This document shows positions 45,871 through 59,380 of a stretch of 64,000 bases of DNA, one piece after another. The DNA comes from Ancylonema sp. (taxonomy: Eukaryota), in NCBI GenBank assembly GCA_050230475.1, contig JBFLGF010000019.1:1-64000 (forward strand), written 5' to 3'. The notes under the pieces are model-generated. The model had not been told where the DNA came from, ran no database searches, and was given only the letters and a program-made list of their open reading frames with translations. Within the stretch, counting starts at the first letter, position 1, and each line of letters starts with the position of its first letter. The translations under genes were made by a program, and so were the position numbers.

Positions 45871-48075
45871 ATGAGCTCCATCATCCATGTCAAAAGTTCG
45901 AACGGCCAAAAGTATTCCTTGGACGTCAACCTAGAGGAGATGACTGTAGGGGCACTGAAGGGAGAGATGTCGTCCAAAGTGGACATCCCCGCTGCCAGCC
46001 AGCGACTTATCTACCGTGGCCGGGTGCTCAAAGACGACAGTACCCTGTCCAGCTATGGTACACGTCCGCCCTTCGTCCCTCTTTTCTTTCTCGCTCATCT
46101 CGGTCATTGAATCCTCGTACACGAAAGGTGTTGCCTACATGGAGGTATCGGATCCTATTCGATTCTTCCAACCATCTCAATTGTACATCCCCTGTCTTCG
46201 TCTGCCTGTGTGGCACGGTGGTCGGATAAGATGTTGTCGGTTGCGCTGTTTTTTTCCGCAGGTGTGGAAGCGGACCACACAATACACCTAGTACGAGGAG
46301 CAGCCCCTCCCGGATCTGCCCCTTCCCCACCTTCTACCACCCTCCCAACTGCGGCGACCCCAGCTGCAGCAGGTTCCGCGCCGGCAGTCAGCCCGGTAGC
46401 AGGAATGGGTGGACTGAATCTGGGCAACTTCAACTTCGGGGCCTTGGGCGGAGCAGCTGGGCCCGGGTTTGGGGCCGGGGCTGGGGCTGGGGCTGGGGGA
46501 GACTGGATGGGAGGCATGGGAGGTCTAGGGGCCGGCCTCAACCTCCCCGCTGCTCAGCAAGAGCTGATGCGCAACCCCGAAGCCATGCGCAGCCTCATGA
46601 ACTCGCCCGCCGCCCAGAGCCTCATGAACAACCCCGACCTCATGCGCTCCCTGGTGGCCACCAACCCGCAGATGAGGGAGGTGATGGAGAGGAACCCGCA
46701 GCTGGCGCACGTACTGAACGACCCCGCCATGTTGAGGCAGTCCATCGCAGCGGCACAGAACCCGGAGATCATGCGGGAGATGATGAGGACGTCCGACCGC
46801 GCCATGAGCAACCTTGACGCCATGCCAGAGGGGTTCAACATGCTGAGGAGGCAGTTTGAGGACATACAGGAGCCGCTCATGGACGCCATGATGCCGCCGC
46901 CGCCTTCTGTGGGGAACGCAACCGCAACGCCACCTGCAGCAGGCGAGGGTGGGGAGGCCATGAACACGGCACCCCTCCCCAACCCGTGGGGGCCGCCACC
47001 AGCAGCAGGAGCAGCAGCAGCTGCAGGAGGTGGGGCAGGTACAGTCAGGGGAGAGCGGATGGGGTGGCAACCCCTGAAACACGGTTGGGGGTGGGGGCTG
47101 TGCAGCTGGCGCAGGGTTCGGCCAAGGCCTACCTGCGGCCTTTGGCGGCTTCCCCCCCATGGGCCCGGGTCTGGGGGGCATGGGTCCCACCGACCTGGGG
47201 GGCATGGGAGGTGCGGTTGGCATGGGGATGGACCCCTCCCAACTCCAGACCCTGCTGTCCGACCCCCTTATGCAGCAGATGTGGCAGTCCATGCTGGCCA
47301 ACCCCGCCCTACTCGACCAGATGGTGGCCTCCAACCCCGCTATGCGGTCGGCTATGGAGGCCAACCCCGGGATGAGGGAGGCCATGCAGGACCCGGAGAT
47401 GAGGCGGAGGTTGGGGGATCCTGCCTCCCTCCAGCAGATGATGCACATCAACAGCCTGGTGGCGCAGCTGCAGACGGCAGTGCAGGGGTTCAACGGGTGA
47501 GAGGGGGGGGCGGAGGGGGGAGGAGGGTTGAGGGGAGAGGCAGGTGCTGAATCGGTTTGATGGTTGGGGGGGTGGCAGTGGGGCGGATGGCGCAGCTGCT
47601 GGTGCCGGCACAGGGTTGGTGGCAGGGCTGGGGGCAGGGTTTGGGGGAGGGCTGGGGGCAGGGCTGGGAGCAGGGCTGGGCGGGTTGGCCCCTCCAGGTA
47701 AGCTTCCAGCTGTGGAAGGCAGGGGAGATGGGGAGATGGGACGTGCTGACGTGGATGCTGACGTGGCCTTGTCCTCCATCATGCCGTGTGTGTTGTGTGG
47801 TGCAGTGGCAGCAGGGAACCCTGAGGAGATTTATGCCACCCAGCTCACCCAGCTGCAAGACATGGGCTTCTTTGACAGACAGGTGGGGAAAGGGGGGGGG
47901 GGGTCCATGAGGGGTGCATTGCTCTACTACTCCATGGGGGTGGGGGGGGAAGAAGGATGAAGGGTGGGGGACTAAAGTGTGCCTTGCCTTGTTGTTTCAG
48001 GCCAACTTACGTGTCCTGCAAGCAACCGCGGGCAATGTGAATGCGGCCGTGGAACGGTTGCTTAGTAATTTGTAG
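45871..48075 (+). CDS. DSK2: Ubiquilin / DSK2 ubiquitin receptor (UBL-STI1-UBA), 6 exons
   Basis: Phase-consistent exons 45871-46057, 46262-47038, 47106-47496, 47579-47697, 47806-47882 and 48001-48075. UBL QRLIYRGRVLKDD..HTIHLV, STI1 NP/M-rich repeats, UBA YATQLTQLQDMGF..GNVNAAVERLL. Confidence 0.93.
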
Positions 48076-49667
48076 ATCAACACCGCGGAGGTTCGCTTAG
48101 CAAAGAGGATGATCCTCTTCACAAACAACCGGATCCTAGAAGAATAATGGTTTGGGCCTCTATTGGAAGGTGGACTGGTTTTGGAAAATTGTGGTCCCCC
48201 CCACTTTCGTAAAAACCCCTTTAAACTGTGTACGCAACATACCGGATTAGAAGAGTGTTTGTACGTAAATATCATAAAAGACGGAAGTTGTTCTACTGAA
48301 CAACCCTTGTTGAAACACAGTCATCTTCGTTGTTAACGCTTCTATAATCATGTAATGCATGGTGACAAGGTGTGATTTTTTTTTGGGATTGTAATCTACA
48401 ATCAATGACGACGTGAACTTTGGTTTTCGAACATTTACTAGATGAATCCAAAGTCCGTGCAAAAACCCTTCAAACCGACCGAGTTGGAATACAAAGAACA
48501 AGTGGAACACAGCAAATGGTATTCCAATGTCTCCTTTGAGCTACAATTTTGTTGGGTCCCATCCGATAGGGGAATCACTGATCGGGTCCAATTCGGATCC
48601 GGGGCGACATTAATCTCTGAAAATCGATGGGAAAATACTAGTTTTCATGCACCAAATATGGCGCAACTTGTGAACCTTAGGTCTACATTCTAAAATCTAC
48701 ACAATTCCGGTTAGAGCCATTCTGGTATAGTTGCACAAATCGAGAAACCCATTTGACCAACTATGAAGGTTTGAAACCGTATATAAACCATCATAGTTTT
48801 GTAGGGTGTTATACTATACCTCTTTGGTGGACTTATGAGGGCCGAAGCAGTTAAGCCTAAGAATTTTGTTGCGATGGACATCGACTTTGGAGTTGTGTCT
48901 CTCAAAAATGTACCCGTCGGTGGGCGGTAGCTGTTCCCACTCAGCTCGCCTGGCCGTACGCAGAAGGGTGGTTTGCCGTATAGGCCATTGGGCACCCATA
49001 TTTGGATATGCGTGCTTGTAAGTGGATTGTGTTTTCTCAAAAACAATTTTTGGGTGTTGTGGAATAGAGCATGTGGCTGACAATTACGTGTAAAGAATGG
49101 TATGTTTACTTGTGGGGTTGCGGACTTCGAAAGTTTTTAGTAGTGGAACCCTCAAAACACTCCATTCATCTTTTTTCCTGCCCGCATGCTGCGTTTAGGC
49201 ACGGAAGGGCGAAAAACCCCCCTAGCAAGTACATGTATGTTGTTTTTTTTGCGATACGCTTTTGAATTTTGATGGAGGAGATGTCTAATGCGGTTTGGCT
49301 TCGCAATCTAGTCCCATACTTATCTAAAAAGGCCATCAAAATTTAATGTTCACCACAAAGGCAGATGCGATTCCGTAACCTCTAGTGCCGTTCAACCCAA
49401 ATAATACTTCTTTTGGCGCCCGTTGGCCTTGGAGATATGAAGTTTTTGTTCGTTTCCTACTTCTAACAGAAAATAAAACTTGTCCAAAAGAATACTGTCT
49501 AAAATAATAACCTTTCTAAAAGAATAAAAAATGTCCCCCCCCGACGTTGGGGGAGTAAAATTATTCCAAAACCTGCATAACTGCCTAAAAGAATACTATT
49601 TTACCCCCCCGCGATAAGTATTGAAGAATAATGTACGGAATCCGTACATTGTAGTACGGGTTCTGAT

Positions 49668-52600
49668 CATAGTTGCACGGACCGGCGGACCGGGGTCCCG
49701 AGGTCCCGACTCCGGACCGAGGTCCGGCCTTCTGGGTCAAATATCCGGACCGGCTGTTTAGGGTAATATCGGTTTTTGGGCGATTTAAGGCGTTTCCCAT
49801 GGAGACAAAACTCCGGAAGTATTTGATTCGCAAATAGAATTTAATTTCCCATCTTTTAAAAATGTAAAAAAAATGTCAGCCTTCTCAAATAAGTAATTAA
49901 AACCTAATTAAAACCTGCAATGCATCGGGTTTTCGCCATTTTCGAGGGATATTACTTGGTGGGAAACTGCTCCAGGTCGTTGGAAAAGGTTTTCAATTCT
50001 TCATATTTTATTCTTTTTCCATAGGTGACAATGTAGTGCTGATATGATGCTCATGTCAGGTTCAGAAATTATCAGAAAAGACTCCATTAAAAGAAATTGT
50101 ACAAACTGAGACACATTTCACCCATCACCTTCCTATATTTCTTTTCCACACTCACAATCTTGTACTAACCCACCCACTCATCCACTCTCCACCCTACAAA
50201 TTCGTCACCTCTCGGTTACCTATTCTACATAAATAAATACATTTTCCCTGAATATTATTTACTTACCTTCTCAGAATTCTATCTATCCTTGCCTACAACT
50301 CGATACATCTATGAAAAAAAAATACGACTTCTACACCGACAATTTGTTTCCTATTTTTTAACCCATACCAATCTTCACTTTCTACACCATCTTAAATAAC
50401 CCCCCTTTTCCCACTCCGCACTCCACACATAAATACGTTCCTCTCCAATTAATAGACTTTGAAGTACCAACTTCTCCCACCCACTAGTGACAATCAAATT
50501 TGCACAAATGATCCCCCACCCTTCGTCCCTCACTCCTCGGTTTCCTCATCCAACAAAGGACAGCAAAGGTCTCTGATCCTCGCGCCTTCTTGAGCAGCCT
50601 GAGGTTCGTGAAGACGTACACCAGATCTGATGCCCTTTTAGGAGCGAGACGGTTGCGCTTTTTGGAATGCACGAAGTCATATGTGCTCCATACCCTTTCA
50701 CATGCCCCAGCCCCCGAGATCATCGCTAGTACTCCCACAGCTACTCCCTGTAGCCGCTCTGACGTCTCCTCTGTTCGACACCTTCCTCAAAGACGAGTTG
50801 AGAGACACCTTTCGCAAGCGATGGGATAACTTTGCTAGCCCTCTCCATACAGCAGGGTTCGCCCTCGATCCTGAGTTCCAAGGAGTTCGGTTCAGCGCGG
50901 AGGTAATGAGGGGCCTCCGGAAAGTATGCAAAACGATGTTGTCGAACGAGCAGGCAAAGAGCGCAATGCTGGGACATGCTGCATATGTAGCCAAAGAAGG
51001 GGACTTCGGGGAAACTATGGTCTTAGAATTGGCGAAGGACATGCCAGCGTATCAGTGGTGGATACAACATGGTGGGCAATATCCTGCCGATGGATGTGCT
51101 CATCCATCGAGGAGCAGTAGTAGTAAACCTGCCACATACGATCAATGGTAATGAGTAGGAAACTAGAAATCGACGAATTCACAATAAAGAGCATTTAGAT
51201 CATATAATATGCGAAAAGAGATACATCAGAAAAATTGAAAATATGTACAGGAAAGGTCCAGCACTTCTCACCTTCCCCATGCAAGAGATGTCGTTGTCCA
51301 CTAGTTGCAATAACTTCACAATGGGCTCGAAGAGCGCCACAGTTCCCTCCACACCAATCCACAACTCTTCTGAAAGGATGAGCTTCTTGAAGCGGACAGC
51401 CTCCAAACGAAAGGATTAGTGTGCCTAGTCGTTGAAGTCCTTGGATACATAAGTAGCCTGAAGATCCTCTTTCACTTCCAAAAGTCTTTGAGCTGCAATG
51501 AACTCTGTGTAGAATCTCGTCTCCCCCCCTGCATTAGAAAAACAAAAGACTTGTATCAGTTTAGACATCAGACAACAAACGTTAGACATCAGACATTAAT
51601 ACATCAGACATCAGACATGAGGCATCAGACATGAGTATATGCTCTGTTGTTGTATCTATGAAATCAAAGGAAAACGAAGAAATAAATTAATGAAAAATAT
51701 AAAAAATATTTAGTGAGAACAACCACTACTTACCAGGACTCAGAAGTTTCTTTGTGGACTGTGCATTGAATAAGGCCCTGCTCATTTAATGATTCTTTGT
51801 GAACCGGATGATCTCCCGCACGTTATCACACGAGCGCTTGATGGCTGGCAGCGTCCCCATGTCCTCAAGGGCGAGGTCCAAAGCATGGGCCGTACAATGG
51901 ACCCAGAGAAGATGGGGGAACCTGAATAATATCCTTCTATTGTTAGACAGATAGAAAGTAGGTTGTTGAACATAAGAAATCATTAACCACGAGCATAAAC
52001 GTACTCATCCATGCAAGTGCACACATACCAGACCTCAATAACAAGAGAAACTGCTCATAGACCACTGGTGAAACATTTTTCAGTACTCACTCTTGGTTGA
52101 TGATCACAGCAGCGGCTTTGTTGACAGAGGCACCGTCAGTCACAATTGCGGACAAATATTCCGCACCAATCTCGTTTATCGCGTTCCTCCACAACGACGC
52201 AATGTACATGGCATCTTTGATGTGACCTGAAAACCCCAAAAAAATAGAGTACATGTTAGTCAAGTGTACATATACATAGCACTTGTCCACTAAGGAACCT
52301 AAATAATGGAAGGAGAGAAAATAAGTGCAAAGAAGACGAAGGCGAAAATGAATTTTAGTGATGACAAAAACGACACGCGGACATCAAATAGCAAAAATGA
52401 ATTCTTGGTATTTACCAGTACAGTTCACAGCTTTCACGAAGTGAGCCCCGTTTGGTGTAGACAGCAGGATGTTGATGAGAGGGTTCGTGTAGAGTTGTCG
52501 TCGTAGCCGTCATGACAAGACGAAACCCGTGGAGCGTTTTCCTTCCTCCCGCCAGACATTCAAGACCGAGTCCACCTTCTCTTGGATGTCTTCAAAAGAT

Positions 52601-53860
52601 CTTCCCTCAGAGTGTTGTATGGCGGGACGTAGCCAGATCCAAAATCGCTCACGGCTTTGATAGCCTCAGCGAATTCCACAGACCTGCATCATAATATAAC
52701 GAGGTTTTGTGAGTCTTGGAAATAGGTGTCCGAATGAAATTTCAAACATGCGGAACACAAAGAAACACAATAAAAGCGAATTGGAAAATGGTGTTCATAT
52801 GAGAGTTCAGCCATGCGGAAAATAAAGGAGCAATGAAAACACAGAACCATTACTTGAAACATTGAAGGCTATCCCATTCGCATAGAACAGGTTGGCGATA
52901 TTCTGGTCTACAACAGACTTGTTCATGCGACGCAGCGCGTCGGATATTGATTTCGGACGCCTTGTCGACTTAGAAGCGATGGTGGCGGGTAATGCTGAAC
53001 TCGTATAAGCGTTTCCAGCCACGGCTCGGAGACACGCCGAAGAGGGGTTGCTGGGTGGTGGCATCGCTGGAGGATGCTCTTCCTCTGTACTCATGATCGA
53101 GGCTGTGACTTCTTCTGAAATTGTATCGCATATACTCACGCCCATCCCGGTGATGCAGAGCAGATGCGCCCGTAACTTCGTTGCAGATCCCCGTGATGCA
53201 CTTGTCGCATGCCGAGCATTTGTACTTTCTTGCACCCCCATGGGAAGGTAGTAGAATGTCGGGCAACAGTGTAAAGTGCTTCTTCACTATTGTGGCCACA
53301 TTTACATTCATGACTGACTTGTAGGATGAGGTAGGAGGTAAGAGTGAGAGAGAGCCACAGTGAGGTTGTAGTCGATTCAGAAGTGGAGTGCCATTGAGTT
53401 GCGGGTGAGGGGAGGGAGGACTCAGTGAGGAGGACTCAGTGAGGTGTTTTCACGAAGGCTTATTGAATTGACCAATATCGTCGAGTTATTCTACTGACCA
53501 ATGAAACTCAGGCCAGATAACTATGAAGATCGTCATCCCCTTCGATTGTATGCTATCGGATGGTGAGTTTTGATGCAAAATTTTAGCCATTTTGTCAATT
53601 TTGAATTTCACCATCTCAATCAATGAACGGTCAGATATGAACATGTTATTTTATTTTATTTATTTATTTACTTCAGGTACAACTTCAGACACCACAAATG
53701 ACACATGTGTATCACGAGGAACCAAAAAAAAAAGGAGCCCCACGTCTTTTTCCCCGCGGAAAAAATTGCCTGGCAAAAAAAACCCTAAAAGTTCCCCGGT
53801 CCGACCGGGTCCCGACTCGGGACCCGGTCGAATCCAATGTTGCCGGTCCGTGCAACTATG
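49668..53860 (-). mobile_element. hAT DNA transposon
   Basis: Perfect 19-bp TIRs CATAGTTGCACGGACCGGC and GCCGGTCCGTGCAACTATG. GGACC/GGTCC subterminal motifs. GTTCTGAT occurs at 49660-49667 and 53875-53882. Confidence 0.93.
50484..53311 (-). pseudogene. Intron-containing hAT transposase (BED finger, DUF659-type core, dimerisation domain), disrupted
   Basis: KHF..YKC..C..SATKLRAHL, FYANGIAFN, IVTDGAS, WVHCTAHALDLALED and CERVWSTYDFVHSKKRNRL. Frameshifts and an inverted segment. Confidence 0.9.
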
Positions 53861-54477
53861 CATCGCGGAGATGTGTTCTGATACGTCCGTACAGAATAAG
53901 TATCTCCAAAATTGTGGGAAGTGAACATGAAACGTCCGACATGACAAAATTGTTGCCGGAAATTGTTTGGTGGATGGTGCGAGTGCCTTCCACGTGCATA
54001 TATGACCTCCCAAGTTGTGGGAATTTCATGTGGATTCGGTACACTATAATTGAAGGGCGCTGCGACCGATGTTTAGGGTTTATAAGGTGGAAAACACGTT
54101 TTAATAGGTTCCGAACAGGATATTGGCTTGTTTCCCGTCGTAGGCACACGGGAACGGGTTTTAGGACGTTTGGAACCTGAACTGTCAAAATGAATTCCCT
54201 GTCTAAAAGTATATATTTTCTTCTCCCCAAGAGTATTCTTTTAGACAGGTTTGACTGTAGTATACATAGGTACTCGTGGATTCTTGCCTAAAAAATATAT
54301 GGAGGCATAAACTGTACCACAACTGTTATGTTGCGAGCTTGTTTGTGTACCCGATTGATTATGTGTAAGTCGCTGGAAAAAAACTTGTGTGAACAAGCCC
54401 AGCCCCCCCCTCCTGTTTTTTTTTAATACCGAAGTTATGTTGATTATTCTTATATTGTTGTTTTCGTGGATTCCACC

Positions 54478-55880
54478 AAGGGTTGCACAATACGCACAAT
54501 ACGCTGAGTTATCATACGCGTATTGTGCTCCCGGCGTATTAGTACGCTAGAATACGCTTAAAAATACTATAAATTTTGAACTTGTATCAATTTCGACCCG
54601 ATCGGGCGCGATCGGAACTTGTATTAAAATCAACGCGATGGGGGCGGCTTACACCGTAGTTCGGGTTTCCTTCGCAAGGTGGTTTTTTTGGCGTGTGTGC
54701 GGGAACTCACATTCCTACATGCTTCACATGCCTTTCATATGAACAACTGCTCGTCTTCTCATGTCATTGACTCACCTACTCATACACTTTTGTATACACT
54801 CTTTTACGATATAGTCAATGCGTTGGCATTGAAGCCGGGTCTTTATTTTGATCATATAAACATCGCCGGTAAAGTAGAGAAGATAGAGAAGATAACACTT
54901 TCGACAACTCCAACACCAACACAAACACCTACTCTATGACCGACCATTACGAAAAAATAGGCTATCATATCATATGTATCACATAATATGGTGTGTCAAG
55001 TTAGTATGAGGACTTGCCAAGGCTCTTTATTTGGTACTTCTAAAATATTTCATGTTCCCGGCGTGACAGAGTTGATCCCTAGGCATAACCCTTATAACTG
55101 TAAAAACGGGGGGGGGGATCACCCCCAGACGCCCCCTAAAACATGCCCGCCTAAATAAAACCCTCTCATTCAGCCTGACATTTATCATGTGGCACGAATG
55201 CCAACGAGTAGTCTGAAGAAGATGTGTAGAGGCTACTCATGATGTATGTTCTCAAATTGACAAGAGGGAATGATATTTGAAAGGGCTTGAAGACTTGGTC
55301 GAGAGATAGGTTTTGAAATGTTTATGAAAAACATGCAACAGAAAATGGAGTAGGATTCATGGAATTATTTTTGTAGATTATTGTTTTATAAATTTTGGTC
55401 TTGAATTTGTTGTTAGATTCTAGCATTCCATTTTTTTGTGACTTTACTTAAGTAAAAACGGAAGCCGCGATCGAGCCCTTTCAAAAAATTGGTTGTAAAT
55501 GAAAATGGAGTAAAGATTGATGAAACATGTGCAAATGTATTCAAATAACGAGAATATGAGAAGAGTGGGTGTACCAACGACTGCCCCATTCTCACACCAG
55601 AAAAGCCGATTAAAACAATTGCACATCTACTGATAAAACATGCGCTTGTCATGTATTTCATGGATAAATGCCTCCGTTTGATGGCCAATTAGATTTAGGA
55701 TATAGGCACCCGATGTTATCATTCTACTTCCGGATATGTGTGGGGTCTCTCAAACCATAAAAAAACGCACAATTAATGACAATACGCGTATTTTCAACTC
55801 GCGAAAATTTTCAATATGTGAAATACGGCGTATTGTGACCCCTTGTGTATTGATAGCGTGTTACGTATTGTGCAACCCTC
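54478..55880. mobile_element. Non-autonomous hAT element (1.4 kb)
   Basis: TIRs AGGGTTGCACAATACG and CGTATTGTGCAACCCT. Perfect 8-bp TSD ATTCCACC (54470-54477 and 55881-55888). AATACG/CGTATT subterminal motifs. Confidence 0.9.
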
Positions 55881-58110
55881 ATTCCACCCAATGTCTACAC
55901 CATCTTTCGATTTGAAGGTTTGAGGCTCCGCACGCGGTCTCCAATTATGACATGTTAAACTGTTCAAATTATTACAATGAAATCTTTGAATCACAATATG
56001 TTTTGCGATAAGATCATTATTTTTCAAAGGATATGGCGAAATTCGATTATCTATGATGTCCATCAACCGATATAATAAGATCGCAAAACATTCGCAAATA
56101 CACGATGACATTTTGTCTCAATGTCGTACTCCGACACATCGAGTGTTTGGAGTTGCACGGGCGGGATGTGGAAGCCGCGTAGAATTGGCCGGGGTTGACC
56201 CGGTCACGGTTGGCGGTGCGTGGTTGTGGTGTGCGGAAGGGCGACTTGGAAGCTACAGGCCGGGGTAATATTCGTCCGAATTAGAGCGGGGGGCGGCGTT
56301 ATTTGTGTTCTATAGTACATCCATAATCGATTGTTGTAGGAGGCCGTTGGTATTTGAGTTGTCGCTATACACCGGTCGTCCGGGTTGCGAACGGTCCGAC
56401 GAACCTTGGTCTGGCGTCGCTCTCGACTTGGAGGCTTACGTGCATGCGGATCAAATTATCTTGTTATTGGTCGTCATTGATTTCGTGAGAGTGTGGCTAT
56501 ATGAGACTTGGCTGGGACGTATGCATCGATCGGACGTGATCGGACGTTTACCATTGCATTGTAGAGTGTATATAAAGTTAGGGTTTCCGGATCTCGTGAG
56601 ATACTTTTTGCGTATGTGTTCCGATCCTAGAGCACCACGGCTGCATCACGCTCGAGTGTCTTCCAAACATGAAACAACGGCGACGATGTACTTTTTGTGT
56701 GTGGTGTGCATTTCGATTGTATGCTCAATCGCTAGTGTACGCTGATTAATAAGGTGGCGTGCATATCGATTTAATTGACGTGCAGTTTGTTGTATTCGAT
56801 TACGCAAGGTCCCGTGCGTGTTACCCCGCTGAGAACTTGAGTGGGCATATAAAATCGAAGAGAGTTGCGGATGTGTGATTTGCGGTAACCGCATGCCGTA
56901 TAGGTGCGGTTGCAGGGAGTGGTGCTCGGTAGTTGCATGCCGTTTAGGTGCGACTATGCGATTACGGGGTGTGAGACACAATTATCGTCTAGGCGGTACA
57001 CCGGGTAGTGCCCTCGTTTTTTAGGTGTTGTAAGGTGTGCTTATATGGTTTAGGGTTCGGCACGTGTGGTTGTACACGCTCGTTTAGCGTGTGACATAGG
57101 TCCCACACCGACACGGATTGTGATTGTATATTCAACTGATTTCTTCCTAAAAAAAATAACTTTGAAATCAGACTTTTACGTACATATTTGTTAACAACTA
57201 TTTCACGTTGTCAATCGTTAGATTCCGTTTCAACAGTGTGTTATTAAGCGCCTCTCATTTGGGATCATGAACATCCCGATTCGGTGAACACTGCTCTAAA
57301 AAAATCAACTTCATGACATCAAGTCGTTATCCCGTTTTCAAAATATATGGAAGTCGCATGAGACACAATTGCCTTATGGATATGTGATCTTAATTCGAAT
57401 CTTGTGCCATATTGGCACACGTGTGTGCCTATTGTCTCCCTTGGATATTCGCAGTTTTGTGGGGTACAGATCACCAAGAGGGACAAGCACGACGGTAACT
57501 ACCCGGAGCATTCATTTTCGTTACTTAACGTGAATCGAATCGGGATTGGGCTTGGGTAATTTAAAGTCCCATTGCGGGCCTTGAATCAAGGGAGTCTAAG
57601 TATATCGCGAGCGATTTCTCGACCCGAATTCGTGCGATGTCTTTATTCGTCATTGCGCCGTGTTTTACATTTATCGAGACATCCGGATCGTTGAACCGGG
57701 ATCTTATAAGAGATTCTCTAATGCACGAATAGCAATTTACATTCCGGATAACTTTATTCGTCAAGAATTCACGAGCATACCACCAAGAACACTTCAAGAA
57801 TTGCATTTGTTTACACTTCTTATCGCGTATCGAGGGTCAAATTTTGTTGTCATGTATGCGGTGTCGGTGTAGCCGGTGCGTGCAAAGATTGGTATGTATA
57901 AAATATTTCGAAAACGACATGTTTTAAATTCTGTTACTAGTTGAGGCGTAATCCTCTCGCCCTATTACTCCCATTTGTGCCGCCTTTTTGCCCCTTGCCG
58001 TGTGCATGTTTCTCTACCATCCAAAAGCCTCGCCAAGAAAACAAAGTGATGCTATTGCTTTTCACAAACACTTGTTGATGAACTATATCTCAAAGACAGT
58101 TAACTACAAC

Positions 58111-59150
58111 CAGGGTTGCACATTACGCAACACGTTGTCAATACGATGGGGTCACAACATGCCGTATTTCCCGAACTTGCTTTTGTAGCGTATTGAAAAT
58201 ACGCGAATTATAAGACAACATGCGTGTCCCCAAGGTTTTATACCCCTCGCACATCCGAAAGTACCATAATAACATTGGGTGGCCATCATTGATTAAATTT
58301 ATGGCCATCAAACTGAGGCATTTCTTTATGAAAAGCATGAGAAACGCATTGTATACTACTAAATGTGCATTTGTTTTCAAAATCCGTCGGTGCGAGACCA
58401 AGCCCTTCGGCAAAATCCGTTGGGCCTTTGCCGATACTCCTACTCTTCTCATCATTAGTTATTTGACATCATTTGCACACTTTTTATCTATTCCAATCCC
58501 AATTCCCATTAAAATTATTTCCGATTCAGGATCGGTTGTGGTGGACCAATCCCCTTTATTGTGTAGTGAATTTGGTAGTCATCAAACAAATATGAAACGC
58601 TAGAATCTAATGATAAATGCAAGACTCAAATTCAAAAATCAATAGTTTACAACAACAATTTCACGAATCCTCCTCCTCCATGTCGTGTGCATGTTTCCTT
58701 TTGCATGTGTTACCGAAACAACGCAGGCTAATCACCGACTCTGATAATCATGCGAGGCCTGGCCATGGAATGGAGCAACACATTCCACATTTATCCCATC
58801 ATTCCCGCGAGCATCCCAAACTTTTTGTGCGCCAACTTGGGCGGTCGGATGAGGTTTACCAGTGAATTTTGGTTGTGAGATGCGGACTCGATAATTGCAG
58901 TACAAATTGAACGAAAGGATAAATAGACATCGCGTTTGCAATGCGTCGCTTTGTATTGATTTTTTTTCAAAACGAGGTCGATTGCGAAAACTTCGATAGC
59001 CAAATCGAAGCTTGTACCACAATTTAAACGGCACGAAGACGAAAAAATGCTTTTACAACCAATATTTCAGTAGATGATCGAACCAAACAATTGAGCGTAA
59101 TTATAGCATTTTGGAACGCTCCGGGCACAATACGCCGATTCAGCGCAAAG
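58111..59150. mobile_element. Older inverted relative of the 54478-55880 hAT element
   Basis: Starts CAGGGTTGCACATTACG. 58111-58400 aligns in reverse to 55590-55880, and 59090-59150 resembles the other end. Confidence 0.7.
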
Positions 59151-59380
59151 TCTCAATGTAAATCAAAAATTTCGCCCTTGATTTGTTCATTGTGTTTGGC
59201 TTCCAATTGGTGATCGGTGATCGTCAGGATTAGATGTCTAACCAATCCGTACACATCTGAGAAGTGAGTGGCTTCTTGGGAATACTTTGGGCGTCTCTGC
59301 TAAAACAACTTGATCCTCTATATCCCTTGTTCCTGTCTCTCGTTTCTCCTCCACTTTCTTTCCCTCCCTCCCTCGTCCCC

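Larger units (their letters stand above)
49471..54257. mobile_element. Non-autonomous pogo/mariner-like element split by the hAT insertion
   Basis: Left end AAATAAAACTTGTCCAAAAGAATACT; right end AGTATTCTTTTAGACAGGTTTGACTG followed by TA. Same TIR type as 16130-16302. Confidence 0.65.

Noticed and set aside
56120..57100. CpG-rich, GT-skewed block with a purine tract, a TATA-like motif and a TGACA end (possible solo LTR or chromodomain remnant)
   Set aside because: No matching TSD, partner LTR or convincing protein motif.
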